A stretch of 63,905 nucleotides of DNA, filler included, from an uncultured Rhodopirellula sp. (GTDB taxonomy: Bacteria; Planctomycetota; Planctomycetia; Pirellulales; Pirellulaceae): the NCBI GenBank assembly GCA_964007735.1. It is 3 parts of 3 records of this genome, joined end to end, with 100 filler letters (N's around TTAATTAATTAA, not from the genome) between each part and the next. Parts side by side here need not be neighbours in the genome. Positions count along the whole stretch, not along the records: positions 26,782 to 53,354 come from CAXGAI010000057.1; 2 more parts are not named here. One strand, given 5' to 3'. Positions 37,283 through 46,668 of the stretch are shown piece by piece. Positions within the stretch are counted from its first letter, which is position 1. The number at the start of each line of letters is the position of its first letter. The translations under genes were made by a program, and so were the position numbers. The notes under the pieces are model-generated. The model was not told the origin of the DNA. It saw nothing but the letters and a program-made list of their open reading frames with translations, and ran no database searches.

Positions 37283-40200
37283 ATGAGTAATCGCTCTGGT
37301 CTGCAATTTAGTGTGATGCTGATGGTTTGGTGTTGCGCACTGTTGGTGAAGACAAGTGTGGGCACAGCTCAGAACACCATCGACTATTTGGTGGATGTCA
37401 AACCGGTTCTCAAGCAGCGATGCTTTGCCTGCCACGGAACGCTGAAGCAAGAAGCCGATCTGCGGCTTGATACGGTCTCAGCGATGCGGGATAACGAGAT
37501 TCTCGGTAAGGACAGTACCTTACTCATGCGAATTACGTCTCTGGAACATGATGTGCGTATGCCGCCTGAAGGTGAGCCACTTAAAGCACATGAAATTACG
37601 GCCATCACGAAGTGGATTGCAGAGGGGGCAGTTGGTCCGGAGGATGAACAGCCTGAGGCCGCACCGAAATCTCACTGGGCATTCCAGACCATTAAAAGGC
37701 CGGCCCATGGCGTTCCCGGTGGCGACATGAATTTGATCGACGCCTACTTTGACGCCAGATACAAAACGGCAGGGCTGGTTCCTCAACCCGCGGCTGAGCG
37801 AACGATTCTACTACGTCGCCTCTATCTGGACTTAACGGGCCTCCCACCGACATTGGAGCAGTTAGCCTCGACAGAAAAATTGCCACAGGTGATAGCCAAT
37901 CTGTTAAATAGCCCGCAATATGGAGAGCGGTGGGCACGGCACTGGATGGATGTTTGGCGATACAGTGATTGGTATGGCCTGGGTAATGAAGTGCGTGATA
38001 GCCAGAAGCATCTTTGGCGTTGGCGTGACTGGATCGTGAATTCCCTTAACGAAAATAAAGGTTACGATCAGATGCTTCGGGAAATGCTCGCCGGTGATGA
38101 AATTGCGCCGGATGATCCGGAGGTATTAGCAGCGACAGGGTTTCTCGCACGAAGCTGGTATAAGTTTAATCGCACTAGCTGGCTGGATAACACCATTGAA
38201 CATACGGCAAAGGCATTCATGGGGCTGACGATTAATTGTGCCAAGTGCCATGATCATAAATATGATCCTATTACTCACCTCGACTATTATCGCTTCCGTG
38301 CAATATTTGAACCTCATCATGTTCGTGTTGACGCGATGCCGGGAGAAGCGGATCTCAACATAAATGGAATAACACGTGTTTTTGATGGTAATCTCGACGC
38401 AGCAACCTATCTACATTTACGTGGCGAAGAAAGTAAAGCTGACAAAAGTAAACGTATTGAGGCCGGGCCTCCCGCATTTCTTGCTAGTGAGGCCTGGCTG
38501 CCGGCCAATCCAATTCAACTTCCACTGAGGGCCTGGCGTCCGGACGTACAGGAATTTTTTCAACAAAATCACCTGCAACAGGCTGAAGCAACGCTGGTAA
38601 AGGCTGAAGCCAAACTAAAGGACATGAAGCTCAAACTAGCTATTGCGGAAGAGAAACACGCGGCTAATATTCCAAGCTCAACAGAGCTCCCGGTTTCTGG
38701 CAAAATCGTCTTTGTTGATGACTTCAGTGAGAAGCAGCCCGCTTTGTGGGAAATTGTCGGTAATGATTTCAAGTATCAGGATGGTCGCCTATCGATTACC
38801 ACCGCCTCGCTGGAAAAGACGTTTTTGCGTTCGAAAGTTAATCATCCAAACGACTTTGAACTTAGTCTGAGTTTCAGAACGACAGGCGGAGTAAAGTGGA
38901 AGTCCGTGGGGATACGTTTTGACGTTGACCAAAGTGGAATTAACTCACATTTTGTATATGCGAGTGTTGCTGATGGAGGTAAGGTCCATCTGGCCCATAC
39001 TGTCGCAGGAGTTGACCATTACACTAATGCTGTCTCCTGGTTACCGATCCAACTGAATCAAGAATATACGCTGAATCTAAAGGTTCGCGATCGGTTGATT
39101 AACGTAACATTAAATGGTCAATTCCTGTTCGCCTTCGAACTGCCAACCCGCCGACCTGGGGCCATCCAACTTATGGCCTATGATGCAACCGCTGATTTTG
39201 ACGCGATCGAAATCAGACATTTGCCTGAAGGTATCATGCTTAAAAAAGCGGGCGTAAAACCAATGACCGAGGTTACCCCTGCTCAGGTTGAACTAGCCGA
39301 AGCAGAACTTGTTTTGGCGAAGGCGGAATACACTTTTGCGCTGGAACGAATCTCCGCCGATAATGCGAGCCTGAAAGGTATAGGGCAAGGTACTGAGGAA
39401 AACGCACGACGTATGCTACTCGATGTAAAGATAGCGAAGGCCCAACTTGACCGGCTTGACACTAAAACGGCTGAAAAGGCTGCCGAAATGATCAGCAAAC
39501 TGGAAGGAGATCGGGCGGCAGGTAACTACCCGAGTTACCCGCCATTGAACGCCAGCAGTGTTTCCCTTCTTACCACCAAAAATAAAGACGCATTGCCGTC
39601 CGATAATGGCTATCCATCGTCAAGCACAGGACGCAGAACGGCACTGGCCGATTGGCTGACCCACCCGGAGCATCCCCTCACCGCCCGAGTGGCTGTTAAT
39701 CATATATGGTTAAGGCATTTTGGAACTCCCTTAGTTGCATCGGTTACCGATTTTGGTTTGAGAGCTCCCGAGCCTCGGCATCAGGAGTTGCTGGATCATT
39801 TGTCAGTGGAACTAATTGAGTCCGGCTGGGATATGAAATCCCTGCATCAGTTGATACTTTCTTCAAAAACCTGGCAGCGGAGCTCGTCTAATCTTGGAGT
39901 CGATCAGAATACTCGGATTCTGGATGAAAGCAACCAGGACTACTGGCGAATGAATAGTCGTCGTATGGAGGCTCAGGTGATTCGAGACAGCCTGTTGTCT
40001 ATGGGGGAAGCACTTGATCTTACCCGTGGCGGTCCCCCGGTTATGGCCTCGCCTGATGTGCGAAGACGAAGTCTCTATTACTTTCATTCCAGAGATAATC
40101 GGTCGAAATTTCTAAACACCTTTGACGATGCGGATGTATTTGGTTGCTACCGACGTAGTGAAACCATTGTTCCCCAGCAGGCGTTGGCAATGATGAACAG

Positions 40201-40417
40201 TCCACTGGCCACGGCAGCAGCAAAACAGATTGCAACGACCTTTGACACGGATTTGTCGAGGGAGGAATTCGTTCGCACAGCGTTCCTGGCGATTCTGGCT
40301 CGACAGCCTAATGATTCGGAGTTGACCGTGAGCTTGTCGTATCTCAATAAGCATCCGACTCGCGAACATTTTATCACTGCTTTGATCAACCTTAATGACT
40401 TTGTAATGATTCGATGA
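37283..40417 (+). CDS. PSCyt1 + DUF1549/DUF1553 protein with inserted concanavalin/glycoside-hydrolase-like beta domain
   Basis: 'CFACH', 'YGERWARHWMDVWRYSD', 'CAKCHDHKYDP', 'RTALADWL...ARVAVNHIW...HFG', 'PQQALAMMN'; central 'DDFS...GAIQLMAYD' insert. Confidence 0.9.
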   Translation: MSNRSGLQFSVMLMVWCCALLVKTSVGTAQNTIDYLVDVKPVLKQRCFACHGTLKQEADLRLDTVSAMRDNEILGKDSTLLMRITSLEHDVRMPPEGEPLKAHEITAITKWIAEGAVGPEDEQPEAAPKSHWAFQTIKRPAHGVPGGDMNLIDAYFDARYKTAGLVPQPAAERTILLRRLYLDLTGLPPTLEQLASTEKLPQVIANLLNSPQYGERWARHWMDVWRYSDWYGLGNEVRDSQKHLWRWRDWIVNSLNENKGYDQMLREMLAGDEIAPDDPEVLAATGFLARSWYKFNRTSWLDNTIEHTAKAFMGLTINCAKCHDHKYDPITHLDYYRFRAIFEPHHVRVDAMPGEADLNINGITRVFDGNLDAATYLHLRGEESKADKSKRIEAGPPAFLASEAWLPANPIQLPLRAWRPDVQEFFQQNHLQQAEATLVKAEAKLKDMKLKLAIAEEKHAANIPSSTELPVSGKIVFVDDFSEKQPALWEIVGNDFKYQDGRLSITTASLEKTFLRSKVNHPNDFELSLSFRTTGGVKWKSVGIRFDVDQSGINSHFVYASVADGGKVHLAHTVAGVDHYTNAVSWLPIQLNQEYTLNLKVRDRLINVTLNGQFLFAFELPTRRPGAIQLMAYDATADFDAIEIRHLPEGIMLKKAGVKPMTEVTPAQVELAEAELVLAKAEYTFALERISADNASLKGIGQGTEENARRMLLDVKIAKAQLDRLDTKTAEKAAEMISKLEGDRAAGNYPSYPPLNASSVSLLTTKNKDALPSDNGYPSSSTGRRTALADWLTHPEHPLTARVAVNHIWLRHFGTPLVASVTDFGLRAPEPRHQELLDHLSVELIESGWDMKSLHQLILSSKTWQRSSSNLGVDQNTRILDESNQDYWRMNSRRMEAQVIRDSLLSMGEALDLTRGGPPVMASPDVRRRSLYYFHSRDNRSKFLNTFDDADVFGCYRRSETIVPQQALAMMNSPLATAAAKQIATTFDTDLSREEFVRTAFLAILARQPNDSELTVSLSYLNKHPTREHFITALINLNDFVMIR

Positions 40418-41841
40418 AATCTCAATATAAACACGTAATGGCTAGAAGAACGATCCTGCGTTCCGCCCTGGGCTTCAGTGCTTTGGCTCTTAACGGAATT
40501 ATGGCAGAAGAGGAATCCCCCCTGCCAGACGGTAAGCCGCACTTTATTCCGAAGGCGAAAAAAGTCATTTGGCTGTTCATGCGCGGTGGTGTTAGTCATA
40601 TGGAAAGCTTTGACCCAAAACCGAAGCTTAATAAATATGCTGGCAAAGCGATTGGAAATACGCCTTACGAGTCTGTATTAGATCCTGCCAAAATACGAAA
40701 ACTACGCATACCGATCAAAGGGGATGCTAATGGTGTGACCCGCACGAAAATTTTTCCTTTGCAGACCGGCTATAGGAAATATGGTGACTCGGGAATCGAG
40801 GTCAGTGACTGGTTTCCGCAAATTGGATCCTGTGCTGATGAGATCGCTTTTATTAGGTCGATGTGGACGAGTGATAATAACCATGGGGCGCAAGTACAGT
40901 TTCATTCGGGTCGGCACTTTCTGGATCCACGCGTTCCGACCATCGGCGCATGGATTAACTATGGGCTTGGATCCCTTAGCGAAAATCTTCCTCAATTCAT
41001 CAATATCGGCCCGCGATACTTTGATAAGAAGGACGCCCACTACCTTGGGCCAGCCTATGAAGCAGTGAATCTCAGAATTGACCCGAACAATCCACTTGAA
41101 TACGCCACACCAACCAATGGGATGACTTCAAAAGATCAATTGGAGAATCTCAATCTTACCAATGATCTCAATCAGCTTGCGGCGAAACAATATCCGTTGG
41201 ATCCGGTGATTGAAGCGAGGATGAAGTCCTATGAATTGGCCTATCGAATGCAGACGGCAGTACCGGAAGCCCTGGACTTAACGCAGGAAACGGCTGAAAC
41301 CCAAAAATTATACGGTCTGGAGCAGCCAGAGACGAAAGCCTTTGGCCAACAGTTATTGGCCGCCCGTAGGTTGTCAGAACGTGGTGTTCGATTTATCCAA
41401 ATCATGCATGGGGATGGGGCTGCCGGCGCTTGGGATAGCCACTCCGGATTGAAGAGTGGCCATGCGAAGTTGGCGAAGCAGGTAGACCTGCCTACGGCGG
41501 GGTTACTGAACGATCTTAAAAGACGAGGACTTCTAGATGAAACGATTGTCGTGTTCGCCACCGAATTTGGACGTACACCAGGTACGCAGGGCGCGGACGG
41601 CCGTGATCATCACGCCTTTGGTTTTAGTGTTTGGATGGCAGGTGCTGGTATCAAAGGCGGTGTGGTAAACGGTGCTACCGATGAACTTGGATATCACGCC
41701 ATCCAGGATCCACACTATGTGACCGATATTCATGCGACGGTCAATTCCCTCATGGGCATCGAGCCAAGAAAACTGGAAGTGGCGGGGCACAAACGCCTTG
41801 ATCGAGATTACGGACACGTGATTAATGATATCCTCACGTAA
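40414..41841 (+). CDS. DUF1501 family protein
   Basis: ATGA overlap with upstream gene; 'KAKKVIWLFMRGGVSHMESFDPK', 'ARRLSERGVRFIQ', 'WDSH', 'TEFGRTP...GRDHH'. Confidence 0.93.
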   Translation: MKSQYKHVMARRTILRSALGFSALALNGIMAEEESPLPDGKPHFIPKAKKVIWLFMRGGVSHMESFDPKPKLNKYAGKAIGNTPYESVLDPAKIRKLRIPIKGDANGVTRTKIFPLQTGYRKYGDSGIEVSDWFPQIGSCADEIAFIRSMWTSDNNHGAQVQFHSGRHFLDPRVPTIGAWINYGLGSLSENLPQFINIGPRYFDKKDAHYLGPAYEAVNLRIDPNNPLEYATPTNGMTSKDQLENLNLTNDLNQLAAKQYPLDPVIEARMKSYELAYRMQTAVPEALDLTQETAETQKLYGLEQPETKAFGQQLLAARRLSERGVRFIQIMHGDGAAGAWDSHSGLKSGHAKLAKQVDLPTAGLLNDLKRRGLLDETIVVFATEFGRTPGTQGADGRDHHAFGFSVWMAGAGIKGGVVNGATDELGYHAIQDPHYVTDIHATVNSLMGIEPRKLEVAGHKRLDRDYGHVINDILT

Positions 41842-42274
41842 AAAACTGTGGAGAACTTGTTTTTGGCGTCAAAATCACTCTGTTCTTTGACAGAATTAGT
41901 TTTACGGCGAAGGAATGTAAACCGTCGTAAATGTGACTGGCTACGCCAATTCCGGCCTCGCGTCATCTGAGGTGTATCAATCGGATTTTTTTCGGTTACC
42001 AAACCCTATTTGTCAGTGAAGACGACGTGAACGCTAAATGAGGTGTGGTAATTTCCGTTGCCTCTTACGATCAATTAACGCGAGCGTCGGAGCAGGTATT
42101 AGCCGAAGGTCATGGAGGACTGAGGCTGAAAGTTATTCCTCTCGGATTGCCTAGGAAACTGAAAACGATTCTGCAGTTATTCGAAGTGTTCTGGACGAAA
42201 TGCCCAGCTTAATACACGACAAACGCCAGGTAAAACCAAACGTCTTGGAAGGTTCCCTTTGTTGCGTGCTAAAT

Positions 42275-42322
42275 AAAAAACTCCGTGGCATAATGACCTT
42301 GTTTGGCATTATCCCACGGAGT
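42275..42322 (-). terminator. Intrinsic terminator after pilin-like gene
   Basis: ACTCCGTGG-C-ATAATG...CATTAT-C-CCACGGAGT stem; A6 on the plus strand gives a U-tract on the minus strand. Confidence 0.75.
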
Positions 42323-42366
42323 CGTCTCATTTGCGTTAGGAACAGAAAGTTCCCAATCAAGCTAGG

Positions 42367-43257
42367 TTAGTGGCTATGACCACCACCGCCTTGGAAGCCT
42401 GAAAAATCTGCATCTGTTTCGTCGCCTTTTGGGCACACAACAGAAACAAACCGAGCAGGATCCGCAGCCACATCGATCAATACGATATAGCGGTTGTAGC
42501 GGCCTTTGCCTGCAGAGCCATGAAAAGGAGCGTCAGCAAGGTTGGTGAAGGAACCATCGCCACAAACAGTGCATAAGTCACCGAGACCAAAAGCAATCAA
42601 TTGTGAAGTTGCTTCACCGCCGACGGCAATGTTATTAACACCATTGGTTCCAGCGATCCAACGTGCCATTGGTACGGGGGTATCTGCAACCAGGCTCACA
42701 TGAAAACCACGACCGTTGTTTCCGTCAGCTTCTGGCATTTCAAAAGCGTCACCAGGAATTTCGATTTCATCAATGCTTCCCACCTGAGCTTTGGTTGTTC
42801 CATCAGGACCAAAAATGTCGAGCGTATGGGGTCCATCGTCCTCGGCATTACCCTTTACGTCCACGTATCGGATTTCGACAATCCCTGCTTCAACGAGAAC
42901 TTCAGGATTCACGTCCACGATCTCTAATTTAGCCGCCAAAGCTGGACTGATAATATCACAAAATTCTTCATTGGTTACGTCTGTAGCGTGCGTGTCAGGG
43001 GCTTCAGCGGTAGGTGTAGTAGGAGTTCCTGCGATAAGAGAATCCAAATTAGAAGGTAACCCGCCTTCTGTGGAGGCAAACACGTTAAAAGCATTTTTTA
43101 CCGCTTGCATGGTGTGTACTGAAGTACCCATTGCAGCTTTGTTGGTAAGGCCTCCGTAATTGGTGAGAATAGCTCCACCGACAATCGCTAACATTGAAAC
43201 AACCATGAGTACTTCGAGTAAGGTAAAACCGTACTGCTTTTTGATTGAATATTTCAT
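42367..43257 (-). CDS. Prepilin-type N-terminal cleavage/methylation domain protein (pilin/pseudopilin-like) with C-terminal GGGHSH
   Basis: 'KKQYG/FTLLEVLMVVSMLAIVGG' class III signal with E5; acidic body; 'CTVC'; ends 'GGGGHSH'. ATG 43257 preferred to 43272. Confidence 0.88.
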   Translation of the reverse strand: MKYSIKKQYGFTLLEVLMVVSMLAIVGGAILTNYGGLTNKAAMGTSVHTMQAVKNAFNVFASTEGGLPSNLDSLIAGTPTTPTAEAPDTHATDVTNEEFCDIISPALAAKLEIVDVNPEVLVEAGIVEIRYVDVKGNAEDDGPHTLDIFGPDGTTKAQVGSIDEIEIPGDAFEMPEADGNNGRGFHVSLVADTPVPMARWIAGTNGVNNIAVGGEATSQLIAFGLGDLCTVCGDGSFTNLADAPFHGSAGKGRYNRYIVLIDVAADPARFVSVVCPKGDETDADFSGFQGGGGHSH

Positions 43258-43388
43258 TTTACTTCTTTGCATTAAAAAGACTAAATTAATAAATACGATA
43301 TGCGGGCCTTCAAAAAAGCCGCAGATAACCGACGACTTAGAGTCTGGTTACCACAAGGGAAAGAGAGAGATTGTCACAAACAATGTGT

Positions 43389-43817
43389 TTATGAAGTAGC
43401 CAAAAGAGTCTCTGGCGGTCCACGCACGAGATAGTTGTGCGTATAGGATAGAAGTCGCCAGTCGTCATAGTCGTTGGCGACAAAGTAGATGAATTGAATA
43501 TTGGGATGGAGTACGATTTCGTCAGAAGAACTCGCGACCTGTGCAAGGAAGTGACAAGTCCAACAGTCGGCCGATCGATCCTTCGGTTGTTTATTGTTGG
43601 ACGGGTGAGTGCTTGTCTGATTGTCCTCGGCGTGTTTATGGGCACTGCCTAACAGGCAAGCTGCTTTGCTAGAATCCAAGGCAGTTTCGGAACTCTCTTT
43701 ACAACAGTCCGTAGCAGAAGCAATACAGTGATGTTGGTGCAGGACGCGTCCACCTACAAAAATCGCGAGGTAGACTGCGACTGCAAAAGCCGGAATTATT
43801 TGTTGTGCTGATTTCAC
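43389..43817 (-). CDS. DUF2946-like protein with CxxC and C-terminal RGPP motif (putative arrest-peptide leader)
   Basis: N-terminal hydrophobic segment, 'HQHHC...CC', 'CWTCHFLAQ', 'RGPP' at 43413-43424; GTGA overlap with the upstream MerC-like stop. Confidence 0.75.
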   Translation of the reverse strand: MKSAQQIIPAFAVAVYLAIFVGGRVLHQHHCIASATDCCKESSETALDSSKAACLLGSAHKHAEDNQTSTHPSNNKQPKDRSADCWTCHFLAQVASSSDEIVLHPNIQFIYFVANDYDDWRLLSYTHNYLVRGPPETLLATS

Positions 43818-44383
43818 GGCGTATTTTTATTACCACCTTCTGCGGAACAACAGTTACAGGCATTTCCAAATCGCTTGTTAAGCAGATGACCTACAACTAA
43901 AAACGCCCCGCCAAGTGGTGTAATCCATAAGGCAAATTGAGAGAGCAGGTCTTGAACCGTTGTTGAGTCATCACCTTCCAGGCCCACCGCCTGATACTCC
44001 GAAACATCAAGCTTATCATCTTCGCAATCGACGACACAGCAATCCGGTACTTCTGTACCGTCAGCCAAGGTTGTACAGCAATCTTCCTCCACTCCAAATG
44101 CAGCCACGCTGATGAACATCAGCCCCAAGGCACCGAAAGTAACAGGTGCCCATTTTCGATGCTTTTTTAGTCCGGGGATGAACGCGTAAATAGCGATTGA
44201 AAAACAAACAAATACCATTACTTTGTGAAACAGCTCATCTGCTAGAAAACTTAATCCCAGAGCTGGCAGGTACGAAATAATGAAAGGCATAGCGGCACAG
44301 TGAACCGCACAAATAATGGAGGCACAAACTCCAACCCAATCGCTTCGCGAGGAAGATTTCATCGAATTTAAAAATTTAACCAT
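43814..44383 (-). CDS. MerC-domain membrane protein with Cys/acidic loop
   Basis: 'DWVGVCASIICAVHCAAMP...ELFH', four TMs, 'GHLLNKR'; loop 'EEDCC...DCCVVDCEDD'; tail 'CNCC'. Start 44383 or 44362. Confidence 0.82.
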   Translation of the reverse strand: MVKFLNSMKSSSRSDWVGVCASIICAVHCAAMPFIISYLPALGLSFLADELFHKVMVFVCFSIAIYAFIPGLKKHRKWAPVTFGALGLMFISVAAFGVEEDCCTTLADGTEVPDCCVVDCEDDKLDVSEYQAVGLEGDDSTTVQDLLSQFALWITPLGGAFLVVGHLLNKRFGNACNCCSAEGGNKNTP

Positions 44384-44480
44384 TACGTTTTTGCTCAATA
44401 ATATACCGCCAAATGAACCTCGAGAAACCACAGTGTTTTTCGGCTCTTTAACAAGTATTATCTATTTAATCTTCTCCCAA

Positions 44481-44497
44481 TTGCAATAGAATTGCAA
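44481..44497. promoter_or_regulatory. Perfect 7-3-7 palindrome, candidate Fur-family operator
   Basis: TTGCAAT-AGA-ATTGCAA in the divergent merC-like/fur intergenic region. Confidence 0.7.
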
Positions 44498-44605
44498 GAA
44501 GCGCATGGGGCATTTCATATAAAAACCAAGGTTAATTTGATGTGTGCCTCGGGTCGTTAAATGCTAGTGTACAATATCGTTTTTACTTTCAAATAAAAGT
44601 TTCTT

Positions 44606-45028
44606 ATGAATGACCTTAGTTCCACTGCGATAAAAGACTTGTTGAGACAGGCCGGTTTGCGCGCTACGCCGGCGAGAGTCGCTACGTTGACACTAATGTC
44701 GCAAGCTTCCAAGCCGCTTTCCCATGCAGAAGTGACGGCGGAGTTAGACGGTCTAGCCGTTGATAAAGCAACGGTTTTCCGCAATCTTAACGATCTAGTA
44801 AGTGTAAATTTACTCAGGCGAGCTGAATTGGGAGATCATGTTTGGAGATTCGAGCTAGTTAATTCGGCAGGCCATGAGTGTTCTCCCCATCCTCACTTCC
44901 TCTGTATTGATTGTGGAACCGTTTCCTGCATGGATGAGAGCTATGTCAAAGACGCAAATCTTAACTTTGCAGAAGACGTTGGCACAATCACGGAGATCTT
45001 GTTTCGTGGCCATTGCAACGAATGCTAA
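44606..45028 (+). CDS. Fur-family metalloregulator (Zur/Nur/Mur-like)
   Basis: 'GLRATPAR', 'ATVFRNLNDL', 'HPHFLCIDCG', C-terminal 'GHCNEC'. Confidence 0.93.
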   Translation: MNDLSSTAIKDLLRQAGLRATPARVATLTLMSQASKPLSHAEVTAELDGLAVDKATVFRNLNDLVSVNLLRRAELGDHVWRFELVNSAGHECSPHPHFLCIDCGTVSCMDESYVKDANLNFAEDVGTITEILFRGHCNEC

Positions 45029-45057
45029 GGAACAAATATCGCGCAATCTGACGGAAT

Positions 45058-46668
45058 TTAGTTGGCAGTTTGGAATTCCTCGCGGCACTTTCGATGGACT
45101 GACTCCACAAAGTTGATCAACATTTTTGCTTCCTGATGCTTGCCTTCCACGAGTGTTCTTTCAATGACTTTCAATCCATAAAGAACTTCTTGTACACTTT
45201 CTCGCTGAGAGTCGCTTACGGATCCGGTTCGTATCAGCAAACTGGTGGGTAATTTCTCAACCCGCAATTTCCATTGAGCAGATCGACGGCGGGTTTCCTC
45301 GAGGTCGGCGTCGTTTACGGCTGAATAGAGTTCAACCCGGATTCCGGTGATTTCATCGAGCACCTCTTCGGTTGCCGGATAAAACATATACAAGCCGAGC
45401 GTCGCGAATGCCAAAACCCCAATTGCTCCTGCGATAGTCAATTGAGTTGAAGACAGGACAGGATCCCATTTCTTTTTTGTTCCGTCTAACGTCTGCTCGG
45501 GCTTGTCGACAAGGAAACTCGACATATCGATTCGCTTACCCAACAAAGTCAGGGAGGTTCCTGCCAGCATCACAATGGCGAGCAGTCCCAAACCGTATTT
45601 TTCATCGATACGCATCTCCTTTTCGACGCGGTTGGCAACCCAGCTAATGTTTGCCTGGTTGGGGCCAATTTGATGCAAGCGGGTGAATGGATCAAACGCA
45701 TGTGTATGATCGGCTACGGTTGCCTGACCATCTGCAATCGTCCGGTCTGCAGTGAGGCCGATGACTAGTGTCGATCCGATTAACAGGCCAACAAAAAGTG
45801 CCACGGCACGACCGCCATAAACGCGTCGCAACCAGTTTGCAACGCCAACATTTGCACCGGCGCCGAGAATAATCAGGGCGAAGGCCGCGCCTAATGAGTA
45901 ACCATCCTGAACGATATGGCCAAAATGCATCATGACATCGGTGGGCGTTACATAGCACGGAATTGCCACCACTCCCATGACGATGGGTGCGAGAGGATTG
46001 TCGCGGGTTAATCCCGTTTGCAACACGCCGTGAGGCAGGAAGGCCCCTAGGAAGCCAACGGCTAACAGTGCCAGACCATAGTCAATGAAAGCGGGACCTA
46101 CAAGACTCCGCGCCGCAGCGTCACCGGCGACGGCAAGCCGGGCGACGCCGTAGCGAGGGACTTTTTCTTTCTCTGTCGAATCAGTGTCGTATTTGCGAGA
46201 AATTAAACGATTCCAGAGCGCGCCGATTCCTATGGAAACAACGAACGTTCCGATGGCGAAGTAACCGAGCGTGCCAACAGCAATATGGCTTAGGCCATAG
46301 ATAATAGAAACCGGGTTTAACACCGGCGCGACTAAAACAAAACTTAAGATTGTACCGCTCGGGACTTTTGCACGCTGAAGCTCCCGCGCGACAGGTAGTG
46401 CTCCAAGAGAACAGATTGGCAACAATATCCCCAGAGCCCAGGCGCGAAACGGTCCGGACCAGTGACCGACCCCTAGCATTCGTCGTAAACGATCCGGGCC
46501 GATCATTCCTCGCATTAATCCGGCGACAACCGCACCTGCCACGAGAAAAGGAGCAGCAGCTACTAACGCTTCCGAAATGCGCAGCACAGCGCTCCAAAAA
46601 GTGGTGTCAAAATCCGAAAATAGCGATGTGTAACCAGGGCCGTCGGCAATTAAAATCCAGTTGCTCAC
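45058..46668 (-). CDS. Permease (DUF318/ArsP-like) with extended C-terminal domain
   Basis: 'LLPICSLGALPV', 'FVLVAPVLNP', second repeat 'IPCYVTP...LILGAGAN', 'DHTHAFD'; GTGA overlap with upstream gene. Confidence 0.82.
   Translation of the reverse strand: MSNWILIADGPGYTSLFSDFDTTFWSAVLRISEALVAAAPFLVAGAVVAGLMRGMIGPDRLRRMLGVGHWSGPFRAWALGILLPICSLGALPVARELQRAKVPSGTILSFVLVAPVLNPVSIIYGLSHIAVGTLGYFAIGTFVVSIGIGALWNRLISRKYDTDSTEKEKVPRYGVARLAVAGDAAARSLVGPAFIDYGLALLAVGFLGAFLPHGVLQTGLTRDNPLAPIVMGVVAIPCYVTPTDVMMHFGHIVQDGYSLGAAFALIILGAGANVGVANWLRRVYGGRAVALFVGLLIGSTLVIGLTADRTIADGQATVADHTHAFDPFTRLHQIGPNQANISWVANRVEKEMRIDEKYGLGLLAIVMLAGTSLTLLGKRIDMSSFLVDKPEQTLDGTKKKWDPVLSSTQLTIAGAIGVLAFATLGLYMFYPATEEVLDEITGIRVELYSAVNDADLEETRRRSAQWKLRVEKLPTSLLIRTGSVSDSQRESVQEVLYGLKVIERTLVEGKHQEAKMLINFVESVHRKCREEFQTAN

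Noticed and set aside
41842..42270. ncRNA or small gene between DUF1501 and the pilin terminator
   Set aside because: Imperfect hairpins and short ORFs without SD or motifs; nothing supportable.
43814..44383. Mercury resistance operon
   Set aside because: Only a MerC-like domain; no merA, merR, merP or merT.
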